A stretch of 64,000 nt of DNA. Origin: Octopus sinensis (taxonomy: Eukaryota). How positions within the stretch are numbered: position 1 is the first letter of the stretch; every line of letters begins with the position of its first letter. The notes beneath the pieces were generated by a model that saw only the letters and a program-made list of their open reading frames with translations, had not been told where the DNA came from and made no database searches. The stretch is from contig NC_042998.1 in the NCBI RefSeq assembly GCF_006345805.1, positions 35,650,001 through 35,714,000 of the forward strand, given 5' to 3'. The translations under genes and the position numbers were made by a program. Below, one piece after another: positions 50,401-63,515 of this stretch.

Positions 50401-52279
50401 TTTTTTTTTTTTACTTACTTTGGTAGAGAATACTCTCTCCTCAAGAGTCCTACAAGGCCAAAGTAATTTCAGTAAGGGCATATTTCACTGGCATATGATC
50501 CTGACGGCTGCTGTTGTTGCTGCTGAGCAAAGCGGTTTTCATCCCAGAGCTTGCAGCGGGAGAAGTCCAAATCGTGGTCCTTTGCTATTTGTAAGACCCG
50601 CTGAAGAGAAAGCAGGTCAACCCCCACCGAGAGCATTGACAGATGGATGAATGCGCATCCAGGCTCAGCGGTTGCGTAGGAAGTCGGGGACAAGAAACAG
50701 GAAGAAAGAGTGAGAGAAAGTTGGGGCAAAAGAGTCGGTCTGGGAATCGAAACCGCGATCCTCCGACCACGAATCCGCTGCCCTAACCACTGGGCCATTG
50801 CGCCTCCACTTGCTGCTGCTGCTGCTACTACTACTACTACTACTACAATAATCCGTTGCAGTTGTGCCTGCTATTTACCAATTTCTTTATTGCCCACAAG
50901 GAGCTAAACATAGAGGGGACAAACAAGGACAGACGACCCCAGTGCGTAACTGGTACTTAATTTATCGACCCCGAAAGGATGAAAGGCAAAGTCGACCTCG
51001 GCGGAATTTGAACTCAGAACGTAACGGCAGACGAAATACCACTAAGCATTTCGCCATGCGCGCTAACGTTTCTGCCAGCTCGCTGCCTGCTTTTTACCAT
51101 AGTCGTAGTAGGGGGACAGTGGTCAGTTACTCGAGCCAGTAATGTAGTTTGGCTGGCAGGCACAATGGAATCTGTCGGAATGTCAACAGCTGCGAAACCA
51201 CAAACCACGTTGTGGTCTTGTATCATTCGCGTTTTCGTTTTTGTTTGTAGAGTTGGGAAGAAAGGTTAATTTTCGATATTTTTATAAAGTTACAGTAACA
51301 TGTATGTATGTTTGTGTATGCGTGTGTATGTATGTGTGTGTACGTGTGTGTGTATGTATGTATGCGTAAATTAGTGTGTAAGTTTGAATGTAAAGATAAA
51401 GAGATTGATAGGAGTTGGTGTCTCTAGGGCAAATTCTTTCTACGCATGACTGAGCAGTGACCTTGGTTTGACCACTTGCAGTTAGAGGCGCGTGCACACA
51501 CACACACACATCCATGTTATTTCTAAACTTTAATTATTTCAGCAAGGCATTTAAAATTGGTCTTATTTTATAAAACAAGCGTGGGGTGGGGGGCTTTAGA
51601 ATTATTGTAAAACACACACACACACACCATTCAGAAAACACAAACATTCATACACACACATACACACCACACTCATGCATTTATTGCGCCTATTCTGTCA
51701 TTTTATTGTATTCCACATTCTGAAATATATGTAAATCGCATTAAAAGAAAAAAAAATCTTATCCCCTCTTCCTTCTTGTCGCAAGTGGATGTGTGAAAAA
51801 CGAAATTTGAATTTTGAAAAGTGTATCTATAAAGCAACATTTTCAGTCAATCATTTATTAAAACTTTCTCTGCTAACCCATCAAATTCAATTACATAAAT
51901 TAAACGAGTTTTGAGTTTTAAATTTTATAATTTTCCAAGATTTTAATTCTTATGTATGAAGGACCCACCAAACTTGAAGTGCCCTGGGACCCCCACATGG
52001 TTTAAATAGAGTCCTGGTTGTGACTTATCAAATATGAGATTAAATGAATTTCCAGTACTGAGATCTGTCTCTATATTCTACATTTTAAATCACACTGAAT
52101 TAATTCTTTTACATTTCTTCAACGTTAATACAAGTAGGAGTGGCTGTGTGGTTCCGGGTTCAGTCTCACTGCGTGGCACCTTGAGCGAGAGTCAAGCGTC
52201 TTCTACTATAGCCTCGGGCTGACCAAAGCCTTCTGAGTGGATTTGGCAGACGGAAACTGAAAGAAGCCCGTCGTATATA

Positions 52280-52477
52280 TGACCTCGTGTGTACCGTTGG
52301 CGATTTTTTTCCCCTCTGTCTTCCCTTCTCTGGATTTTTCCTTCTCCTATGTTTCCGACGAAGAGCTCCGTTCGATACGTTAAACCCTCCTTCTTTCCTG
52401 AGCGTCCAATAATACTATATTTGTTCCACGTCCTCGCGTTGTTGTGTTTTTTTGTGCTTTCTTGTTTGGATTAACTT

Positions 52478-52480
<3 letters not shown>
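52280..52480 (+). mobile_element. Penelope-like fragment nested in the microsatellite of a CORE-like SINE
   Basis: gttt-CCGACGA-A-GAG-ctccg-TTC-GATACGTT-aaac; interrupts the SINE at 52135-52748. Confidence 0.5.
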
Positions 52481-52535
<55 letters not shown>

Positions 52536-54416
52536 ATTGTGTGTCTGTGTTTGTCCCCCCAACATCGCTTGACAACCGATGCTGGTGTGTTTACTTCTCC
52601 GTAACTTAGCGGTTCGGCAAAAAGAGACCGAGAGAATAAGTACTAGGCTTACAAACAATAAGTTCCGGGGTCGATTTGCTCGACTAAAAGGCGGTGCTCC
52701 AGCATGGCCGCAGTCAAATGACTGAAACAAGTAAAAGAGTAAAGAGTACCAAACATACTGAGCGATTGTTTTCTGTCAACTGCATCTGTCTTCCACCACA
52801 AAAATGCTTTCTTTTCTAAACAAATCTTTTATTTGGGTTACCATAAGCATGATTATTGTTCAAGTCTACAATGATGCCAGACAACCAAGAGTTTATTAAC
52901 TATTTATAAGAATTAAGTTTAATCTATTTCACAAAATCCTGACGATATTTTTCTCAACATCATTTTGTTTGCACACAGCCAAGTGTTCTGCTCACCGCCT
53001 TCCTCGTTTACTGTTTTTTTCCCTCTGAATTATCTCTTGTCTGTCAACTGCCAAACATCTTCCGAAGCAATCAATCACAATTGCTTACAATCTTCACAAT
53101 ATCTCTTCTTTAATGAATCAAGTTATTGATATTTTCTCTCTTTTTGCTTTATTTTTTTTCCAGAGACATGTTTTGATTTAGTTCTCAGGGACAAATCATA
53201 TCAATAATTGCTACCGTATTGAGTATTACATACTTTTTTTCCCTTTCATCTTTTACTTGTTTCAGTCATTTAGACTGCGGCCATGCTGGGGCACCGCCTT
53301 GAAGAATTTTCCGTCAAATAAATCGACCCCTGCACTTATTGTTCTCTGAGTCTGATACTTATTCCACCAAACTGTCGCACCAACACCTATTTCTTTACTA
53401 CCCACAAGGGGCTAAACACAGAGAGGACAAACAAGGACAGACAAATGGATTAAGTCAATTACATCAACCTCAGTGTGTAACTGGTATTTAATTTATCGAC
53501 CCCCAAAAGGATGAAAGGCAAAGTCGACCTCAGCGGAATTTTAACTCAGAACATAGCGGCAGACGAAATACAGCTACACATTTCGCCCGACGTGCTAACG
53601 TTTCTGCCAGCTCACCGCCTGTTGTCAAGTGGTGGTGGAGAACAACCATAGACACAAAGACACACACACACACAAATAATACGAAGCATGAGTACATGGA
53701 ACATGATCTATTCTTTCGAGCAACGAAAGACACAGCTGGAAAACAAAACAAACAACATAAAGAACAACCCTTCATCAGTTGTTGCCTGTTTTTCTAGTCT
53801 CGTATTTCGAGCATTTAACAACAATATACGCTTTCGATAAAACAGCTGCTCCCACAAAGCAAATTAAATAAAATTTGGGATTTTGCGGAGAGTCAAAATT
53901 GGTAACACAAGCAGGACAGGGAAAACAAATAAGAAGGGCGGCTAAGCCTAAACGAGGTTGTGGTGGCGAATGCGTAAATAAAGCTTGGACAAGAAACAGA
54001 CAAGAACAGGTCTTCCTTGTTCCAGCTACAATGGAGAGAAAGAAAGAAACGCAAGTTAGGAGAAGAAAGAAAGATGGCCAATGGTTACGTGGGAGCCGCG
54101 TGAACAACAAGGGAGAAGGAGTGAGGCAAAGAGAATGACAGAGTACTAGGATAGAATAGTGGGAGAAGAAGAGGTCAAAGAATAAGAGAGAGAAAAACGA
54201 AAGAGTAAAAAGATCGTATAGAGTGGGCATCAGAATTATTAAGATAAAACTTACTTGGAAGCGGATGTGTGGCATTCAATCATATAATAATATAAATAAT
54301 ATATATGTGTATGTGTGTGTGTGTAAATATATATGTATATATGCATATATACATATGTACATACTAACATCTATACAAGTGTGTATATATATACACACTC
54401 GTATAGAGTGTGTGTG

Positions 54417-54455
<39 letters not shown>

Positions 54456-54458
54456 TGA

Positions 54459-54765
54459 GGCGCAATGGCCCAGTGGTTAGGGAGGTGGACTCGCGGTCAT
54501 AGGATCGCGGTTTCTATTACCAGACCGGGCATTGTGACTGTTTATTGAGTGAAAAACACCTAAAGCTCCACGAGGCTCCGGCAGGGGGTGGTGGCAATCC
54601 CTGCTGTACTCTTTTGCCACAACTTTCTCTCACTCTTTCTTCTGTTGGCTTGCTCGCTTAGCCAGCGGGGTGGTGTCATTTGAAGGCTAAAACAATGCAA
54701 AGCATATTGTGACCAGCGATGTGTAGCAACATCTGATAGCCTGGTCGGTCACGTGATCATGTGAT
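54459..54765 (+). mobile_element. tRNA-derived SINE (gaggcgcaatggcccagtggttaggg head)
   Basis: Box A tggcccagtgg and degenerate box B; a related head occurs at 61263(+) and 50660-50810(-). Confidence 0.8.
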
Positions 54766-54785
54766 ATATATATATATATATATAG

Positions 54786-57700
54786 ATATATATGTCTGGG
54801 ACGAGGTGGTGAAGCACGACCTTCGAACTTTAGGTCTCACCAAGGAAATGACTGAAGACCGAGTCCTATGGAAGTGTGCTGTGCATGAGAGGACCCGGCA
54901 GGACTAGTCAGGCCATATCCCGTGGCCCCTACCTGGGACGTAGTCGATCCACCTGTGCATACCTTCCTTCTTGTGACACTTGTGAAGACCTGCTGAGGCA
55001 AGTGAAAATCAATCAAAATAGATGAACATCAATGGAATTTGTATCTTTGTGGTACCAGTGCCTGTGGCACACAAGAAAACCATCCGAACGTGGCCGTAGC
55101 CAGTACCGCATCGACTGGCCTCCGTGCTGTGGGAACATGGTGGCACATAAAAACACCATCCGAAGACCCGGCAAGACTAGTCAGGTCATAACCCGTGGGC
55201 CCTACCTGGGACGTAGTCAGTCCACCTGTACATACCTTCCTTCTTGTGACACTTGTGAAGACCTGCTGAGGCAAGTGAAAATCAAATCAAATCAAAACAA
55301 ATCAAAATAGATGAACATCAATGGAATTTGTATCCTTGTGGTACCAGTGCCGGTGGCACACAAGAATCCATCCGAACGTGGCCGTAGTCAGTACCGCTTG
55401 TGGTACCAGTGCCGGTGGCACACAAGAATCCATCCGAACGTGGCCGTAGTCAGTACCGCTTGTGGTACCAGTGCCGGTGGCACACAAGAATCCATCCGAA
55501 CGTGGCCGTAGTCAGTACCGCATCACTCGCCATCGTGCTGTGGCACACAAGAAAACCATCCGAACGTGGCCGTAGCCAGTTCCGCATCGACCGGCCTCCG
55601 TGCTGTGGGAACATGGTGGCACATAAAAAGTAGTCAGTACCGCTTGTGGTACCAGTGCCGGTGGCACACAAGAATCCATCCGAACATGGCCGTAGTCAGT
55701 ACCGCATCACTGGCCATCGTGCTGTGGGCACATAACAAACACCATCCGGTCGTGGCCGTTCGCCAGCCTCATCTAGCACCTGTGTCGGTGGCACATAAAA
55801 ACACCTTCCGAAGACCCGGCAAGACTAGTCAGGCCATAAACCATGGCCCCTACCTGGACGTAGTCAGTCCACCTGTGCATACCTTCCTCCTTGTGATACT
55901 TGTGAAGGCCTGTTGAGGCAAGTGAAAATCAAATCAAATCAAATCAAAACAAATCAAAATAGATGAACATCAATGGAATTTGTATCTTTGTGGTACCAGT
56001 GCCGGTGGCACACAAGAGAAAACCATCCGAAAGTGGCCGTAGCCAGTACCGCATCGACTGGCCTCCGTGCTGTGGGCACATGACAAACACCATCCGATCG
56101 TGGCCGTTCGCCAGCCTCATCTAGCACCTGTGTCGGTGGCACATAAAAACACCTTCCGAAGACCCGCAAGACTAGTCAGGCCATAACCCATGGCCCCTAC
56201 CTGGGACGTAGTCAGTCCACCTGTGCATACCTTCCTTCTTGTGACACTTGTGAAGACCTGTTGAGGCAAGTGAAAATCAAATCAAAACAAATCAAAATAG
56301 ATGAACATCAATGGAATCTGTATCTTTGTGGTACCAGTGCCGGTGGCACACAAGAGAACCATCCGAACGTGGCCGTAGCCAGTACCGCATCGACTGGCCT
56401 CCGTGCTGTGGGCACGTAACAAACACCATCCGATCATGGCCGTTCGCCAGCCTCATCTGGCACCTGTGTCGGTGGCACATAAAAACACCTTCCGAAGACC
56501 CGGCAAGACTAGTCAGGCTATAACCCATGGCCCCTACCTGGGACGTAGTCAGTCCACCTGTGCATACCTTCCTTCTTGTGACACTTGTGAAGACCTGTTG
56601 AGGCAAGTGAAAATCAAAACAAATCAAAATAGATGAACATCAATGGAATTTGTATCTTTGTGGTACCAGTGCCGGTGGCACGTGGCACATAAGAAAACCA
56701 TCCGAACGTGGCCGTAGCCAGTACCGCATCGACTGGCCTCTGTGCTGTGGGCACGTAACAAGCACCATCCGATCGTGGCCGTTTGCCAGCCTCATCTGGC
56801 ACCTGTGTCGGTGGCACATAAAAACACCATCCGAGCGTGGCCGTCTGCCAGCCTCGTCTGGCACCTGTGTCGGTGGCACATAAAAACACCATCCGAGCGT
56901 GGCCGTCTGCCAGCCTCGTCTGGCACCTGTGTCGGTGGCACATAAAAAACACCATCCGAGCGTGGCCGTCTGCCAGCCTCGTCTGGCACCTGTGTCGGTG
57001 GCACATAAAAACACATCCGAAGACCCGGCAAGACTAGTCAGGTCATAACCCGTGGGCCCTACCTGGGACGTAGTCAGTCCACCTGTACATACCTTCCTTC
57101 TTGTGACACTTGTGAAGACCTGCTGAGGCAAGTGAAAATCAAATCAAATCAAAACAAATCAAAATAGATGAACATCAATGGAATTTGTATCCTTGTGGTA
57201 CCAGTGCCGGTGGCACACAAGAATCCATCCGAACGTGGCCGTAGTCAGTACCGCTTGTGGTACCAGTGCCGGTGGCACACAAGAATCCATCCGAACGTGG
57301 CCGTAGTCAGTACCGCTTGTGGTACCAGTGCCGGTGGCACACAAGAATCCATCCGAACGTGGCCGTAGTCAGTACCGCATCACTCGCCATCGTGCTGTGG
57401 GCACATAACAAACACCATCCGGTCGTGGCCGTTCGCCAGCCTCATCTAGCACCTGTGTCGGTGGCACATAAAAAGTAGTCAGTACCGCTTGTGGTACCAG
57501 TGCCGGTGGCACACAAGAATCCATCCGAACATGGCCGTAGTCAGTACCGCATCACTGGCCATCGTGCTGTGGGCACATAACAAACACCATCCGGTCGTGG
57601 CCGTTCGCCAGCCTCATCTAGCACCTGTGTCGGTGGCACATAAAAACACCTTCCGAAGACCCGGCAAGACTAGTCAGGCCATAAACCATGGCCCCTACCT

Positions 57701-59394
57701 GGGACGTAGTCAGTCCACCTGTGCATACCTTCCTCCTTGTGATACTTGTGAAGGCCTGTTGAGGCAAGTGAAAATCAAATCAAAATCAAATCAAAACAAA
57801 TCAAAATAGATGAACATCAATGGATTTGTATCTTTGTGGTACCAGTGCCGGTGGCACACAAGAGAAAACCATCCGAAAGTGGCCGTAGCCAGTACCGCAT
57901 CGACTGGCCTCGTGCTGTGGGCACATGACAAACACCATCCGATCGTGGCCGTTCGCCAGCCTCATCTAGCACCTGTGTCGGTGGCACATAAAAACACCAT
58001 CCGAAGACCCGGCAAGACTAGTCAGGCCATAACCATGGCCCCTACCTGGGACGTAGTCAGTCCACCTGTGCATACCTTCCTTCTTGTGACACTTGTGAAG
58101 ACCTGTTGAGGCAAGTGAAAATCAAATCAAAACAAATCAAAATAGATGAACATCAATGGAATTTGTATCTTTGTGGTACCAGTGCCGGTGGCACACAAGA
58201 GAAAACCATCCGAACGTGGCCGTAGCCAGTTCCGCATCGACCGGCCTCCGTGCTGTGGGCACGTAACAAACACCATCCGATCATGGCCGTTCGCCAGCCT
58301 CATCTGGCACCTGTGTCGGTGGCACATAAAAACACCTTCCGAAGACCCGGCAAGACTAGTCAGTCCACCTGTGCATACCTTCCTTCTTGTGACACTTGTG
58401 AAGACCTGTTGAGGCAAGTGAAAATCAAATCAAAACAAATCAAAATAGATGAACATCAATGGAATCTGTATCTTTGTGGTACCAGTGCCGGTGGCACACA
58501 AGAGAACCATCCGAACGTGGCCGTAGCCAGTTCCGCATCGACCGGCCTCCGTGCTGTGGGCACGTAACAAACACCATCCGATCATGGCCGTTCGCCAGCC
58601 TCATCTGGCACCTGTGTCGGTGGCACATAAAAACACCTTCCGAAGACCCGGCAAGACTAGTCAGGCTATAACCCATGGCCCCTACCTGGGACGTAGTCAG
58701 TCCACCTGTGCATACCTTCCTTCTTGTGACACTTGTGAAGACCTGTTGAGGCAAGTGAAAATCAAAACAAATCAAAATAGATGAACATCAATGGAATTTG
58801 TATCTTTGTGGTACCAGTGCCGGTGGCACGTGGCACATAAGAAAACCATCCGAACGTGGCCGTAGCCAGTACCGCGCATCGACTGGCCTCTGTGCTGTGG
58901 GCACGTAACAAGCACCATCCGATCGTGGCCGTTTGCCAGCCTCATCTGGCACCTGTGTCGGTGGCACATAAAAACACCATCCGAGCGTGGCCGTCTGCCA
59001 GCCTCGTCTGGCACCTGTGTCGGTGGCACATAAAAACACCATCCGAGCGTGGCCGTCTGCCAGCCTCGTCTGGCACCTGTGTCGGTGGCACATAAAAACA
59101 CCATCCGAGCGTGGCCGTCTGCCAGCCTCGTCTGGCACCTGTGTCGGTGGCACATAAAAACACCATCCGAGCGTGGCCGTTTGCCAGCCTCGTCTGGCAC
59201 CTGTGTCGGTGGCACATAAAATCACCCACTACACTCTCGGAGTGGTTGGCGTTAGGAAGGGCATCCAGCTATAGAAACACTGCCAGATCTGACTGGACTG
59301 GTGCAGCTTTCGGGCTCCCCAGACCCCAGTTGAACCGTCCAACCCATGCTAGCATGGAAAGCGGACGTTAAATGATGATGATGATGATGATGAT
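54786..59394 (+). mobile_element. RTE 3' end whose 3'UTR is expanded into a ~4.4-kb nested tandem array
   Basis: Starts with WDEVVKHDLRTLGLTKEMTEDR..W..AV.ERTRQD*, continues through repeated ~290-450-bp units, and ends with the normal 3' block and (GAT)n tail at about 59373-59394. Confidence 0.9.
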
Positions 59395-60257
59395 GTATAA
59401 AAAATATATATAAAAATACAAAATGGGACAAGAACGCAAAACACTCAAATAGACGACACAAAAAACGGACGGGTCATTCGAAGCCTCTAATCTTCAGTCA
59501 AGAACCGGATCATCCTTGCAATTTCGGCTGATTAATCTTGAGATTGCTCCGATCCAGCCAGCCCCAAGGAAAAACTAAGCTACGAGCACTAGATTTCTTG
59601 GAAAAAGGATCGAATGTATACGAAACAAGGCAGAAAAACGGACGATGCCACACGAATATAAATACAAAAAACAATAATAGTAATAACAGGACAAAAACAG
59701 CGGGTGTCTTACGACTTTAGACATTTCAACTTAGCTTAGCTGGCGTATTTGGAAAATAATGCCTTACGGCAGACGAAGAGATCGATGTTGTCGTGGCGGT
59801 GCTCAGAAGCCGAAAGGCTAGTTGACTCGTATGGTGCCATGTAGTGGGACAGAACCCAAAACCATGTGTTTGGAAATCATATGGTTCCAGGTTCAGTGCC
59901 ATTGTGTGGCATCTTGGGCAAGTGTCTTTTACCATAGCCTCAGGCCAACCAACACCTTGTAAGTGGATTTGGTAGGTAGAAACTGAAAGAAGCCCATCAT
60001 GTGTGTGCATGTGTCTTTGTCTGTATTTTTCCCCGCATAATTGCTTGACAACCAGTGTTGGTGTGTTTATGTCCCCATAACTTAGCAGTTTGCCGAAAGA
60101 GACCAATAGAATAAATACCAGGCTTTAAAAAAATAAACAAATACTGTGGTAAATTTGCTTGACTGGAATTCTTCAAGGCGATGCCCCAGTATGGCCACAG
60201 TCCAAGGATTGAAACAAGTAAAAAAAATAAATGGCGTAAAAATGAAGCCTCATGTCA

Positions 60258-60960
60258 TCGTCATCATCATCATCATCATCATTTAACCTCTGTTGTCCAT
60301 GCTGGCATGCGTTGGACAGTTTGACCAGGGCTGGCATGCTAGAAGGCTGCACCAGACTCTAGTCTGATTCAGCATGGTTTTCTACTGCTGGATGCCCCTC
60401 CTAATGCCAACCACTCCGAGAGTGTAATGGGTGCTTTTACATGCCAATGGCACAGGTGCCATTTGTGTGACGCTGGTGTCTGCCACAACTGCAATTTTGC
60501 TTGGCTTGATGGCTCTTCTTCTCAAGCACGACATACTGCCAAAAGTCTCAGTCATTGCCTCTGCAAGGCCCAATGTTCGAAAAGAACTCGGCCACTTTGC
60601 CTCCACGAGGTACAACACTCAAAAGGAACTCGGTCAATTGGCTTCCACGAGGCCCAATGCTCAAAAGGAACTCGGTCAATTTGCTTCCACAAGGCCCAAT
60701 GCTCGAAAGGAACTCGGTCAATTTGCTTCCACGAGGCCCAATGCTCGAAAGGAACTCGGTCAATTTGCTTCCACGAGGCCCAATGCTCAAAAGGAACTCG
60801 GTCAATTTGCTTCCACGAGGCCCAATGCTCGAAAGGAACTCAGTGAATTTGCTTCCACGAGGCCCAATGCTCAAAAGGAAGTCAGTCAATTTGCTTCCAC
60901 AAGGCGCAACACTCGAAAGGAACTCAGCCACTTTGCCTCCGTGAGGCCCAGCACTTGTAT
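60258..60960 (-). mobile_element. RTE-derived element with a 42-bp minisatellite (about 9 copies, 60555-60945) at its 5' end
   Basis: (CAT)n tail at 60258-60282; unit aaggaactcggtcaatttgcttccacgaggcccaatgctcga. The repeated ORFs here follow from the 3n unit length. Confidence 0.85.
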
Positions 60961-61262
60961 ATTTCATTGTATTTGATTATAAATTGTTCGAGTTGAACTA
61001 TATTTTTTCAGTAGAAAACATGAATAAAACCATCCAAACTGTTTCCATTTTTTTTTTGCTTCTTTTTTGCTAAACTTTCATCCAGTTCTCTTTGCTTCTT
61101 GTAATTATTTCCTAAACTTGAATGGTCGTCTGACTATCATATCTTTCTACCGGATATTTAAAATTTCATCACAATTTTTTTTCTCTTTTTCTTTAGTCTG
61201 CAATTTATTTCCTCTAATGTAGTATTTGGTTTATTCTATACTAACCGTTCTTTCATGGACGC

Positions 61263-61560
61263 ACATGGCCCAGTGGTTAGAGCAGTGGACTCGTGGTCGA
61301 GAGATCACGGGTTCGAATCTCAGCCCATGTGATGTGTGTGTTTATGAGCAAAACACCTAAGCTCCACGCAGCTCTGGCAGAAGGTAATGGCGAACTTCTG
61401 CTGACTCTTTTGCCACAACTTTCTCTCACTCTTTCCTCCTGCATCTAGCAGCTTACCTGCAACGGATTGGTGTCCCGTCCAAGTAGGGAACCTATACACC
61501 AATGAAACCAGAAAACCGGGCCTTGTGAGCTTGCCTTGGCTCGAGAAGGAACAACCAACA
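61263..61560 (+). mobile_element. tRNA-derived SINE with a V-SINE-like central segment (gattggtgtcccgtcca)
   Basis: Box A/B head shared with the 54459 copy but a different 3' half. Confidence 0.7.
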
Positions 61561-62589
61561 ACAAACTTTCTTTCAATCTGTCCGACTTGTTTTACTCGGG
61601 CTATTGCTACAATCACCCATGTCTTTTTAAACACCATATTTATTCATTTATAATCTCCATTTTTTTCCAGGGTTACTCTTTTACTCTTTTACTTGTTTCA
61701 GTCATTTGACTGCGGCCATGCTGGAGCACCGCATTTAGTCGAGCAAATCGACCCCAGGACTTATTCTTTTGTAAGCCCAGTACTCTTTCTATCGATCTCT
61801 TTTGCCGAACCGCTAAGTAACGGGGACATAAACACACCAGCATTGGTTGTCAAGCAATGCTAGGGGGACAAACACAGACTCACAAACACACACACGCATA
61901 TATATATATATACATATATACGACGGGCTTCTTTCAGTTTCCGTCTACCAAATCCACTCACAAGGCTTTGGTCAGCCAGAGGCTATAGTAGAAGACACTT
62001 GCCCAAGGTGCCATGCAGTGGGACTGAACCAGGAACCATGTGGTTGGTAAACAAGCTACTTACCACACAGCCACTTCTGTGCCTTGTGTATGAAACCATA
62101 CTATCCGTTTGTTCCAGACAAATGCATTCCTGTTTAAGCTGACTTTAATATAACAAAGAGTTCAAATCACTGTATTAATGTTACATTTTTCATCATCATC
62201 ATCGTTTAACGTCTGTTTTCCATGCTAGCATGGGTTGGACGGTTCGACCAGGGTCTGGGAAGCCAGGAGGCTGCACCAGGCTCCAGTCTGATCTGGCAGT
62301 GTTTCTACAGCTGGATGCTCTTCCTAACACCAACCACTCCATGAGTGTAGTGGGTGCTTTTTACGTTCCACCAGCACAGGGGCCAGAGGAGGTTGGCGCA
62401 GCAATCACGATTGGTTGGTGCTTTTTACGTGCAGGCTCAGGTCCCATGGAATAAAATGTCATCAATCTTCAACAGAGAAAGCCAGAATGGAATGCTTTCA
62501 TTATATATGAAGATTAAGTCAATAATCATTAAGAATAATACACAAATATTTTTGTTCCTGAAATTCTATAATTATTATCATTAAGTGTC

Positions 62590-62812
62590 ACCACCACCAC
62601 CACCATCACCATCACCACCACCACTACCACCACCACCACCACCACCACCACCACTACCACCACCACCACCACCACCAGCACCACCACCACCAGCACCACC
62701 ACCACCACCACCACCACCCACCACCACCACCACTACCACCACCATCACCACCACCACCACCACCACCACCACCACCACCACCACCACCACTACCACCACC
62801 ACCACCACCACC
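62590..62812. repeat. (ACC)n microsatellite
   Basis: Direct reading; it explains the poly-V/P/T/G ORFs. Confidence 0.97.
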
Positions 62813-62958
62813 ATCGTATATGTTTATACTGAAAGGGCAAAAGTGTTTCCTAATGGAAGTACTTAAATAGAAGTACCATGAAAACATTTGCTAATTGTGC
62901 ATTACAACTTTTATATCTGTTCTCACTAATTGACTTTTTACTGGTTGATTGTAGAGCA

Positions 62959-63165
62959 TACAGTTCTATGTTTAAGAAATGAGGAATTATTTACATTATT
63001 TACATTTGACAGATATTTGTCCTCATTTCGGCTGATATACCCTCTAGCCTTCATCAGGTGTCTTGGGGAAATTTCAAACTTGGGTTCTCATGCCTAAGGC
63101 ATTTTTCGATCTTGTTGTTGTTGTTGTTATTATCATCATTATTATTATTATTATTATCATCATCA

Positions 63166-63209
<44 letters not shown>

Positions 63210-63515
63210 GTTATTATTATTATTGTTATTGTTATTATTATTATTATTATTACACCATATGCTTGTGGGCATATGGCGTAGTGGTTAAGAGCACGGGCTA
63301 CTAACCCCAAGATTCTGTGTTCAATTCCAGGCAGTGACCTGAATAATGATAATAATAATAATAATAATAATAATATCAAAAAATACCTTAGGAATGAGAA
63401 CCCAGGTTCATAATTTCCCCAAGACACCTGATGAAGGCTTGAGGGTAGATCAGCCAAAATGTGTTAACAACAAGCAAGATGAGGACAAATATCCATCAAA
63501 TGTAAATAATGTAAA
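62959..63515. mobile_element. Second head-to-head inverted dimer of the same element, with 13-bp TSD
   Basis: Minus copy 62959-63262, plus copy 63268-63515; TGATTGTAGAGCA at 62946-62958 and 63516-63528. Confidence 0.9.
63115..63251. repeat. Expanded (ATT)n tract, internal to the minus arm of the inverted dimer
   Basis: Direct reading; it explains the poly-N/L/I ORFs. Confidence 0.95.

Noticed and set aside
54985-55010. Hammerhead-like string cctg(c/t)tgaggcaagtgaaa in each RTE 3'UTR unit
   Set aside because: A6 is substituted, there is no credible helix II, I or III, and the string is paralogous to the ORF-end sequence gagaagacc...caag.
54786-59260. CRISPR-like array or repetitive protein gene
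   Set aside because: There are no unique spacers; the units are degenerate copies of an RTE 3'UTR bounded by the RTE ORF end and its tail, in eukaryotic context.
60427-60976. 139-181-aa repeat-protein ORFs
   Set aside because: They result from a 42-bp (3n) minisatellite open on both strands inside a retroelement.
63268-63340. Functional tRNA gene (also 14917, 54459 and 61263)
   Set aside because: The acceptor stem is not closed and the head runs into SINE body sequence; these are SINE heads.
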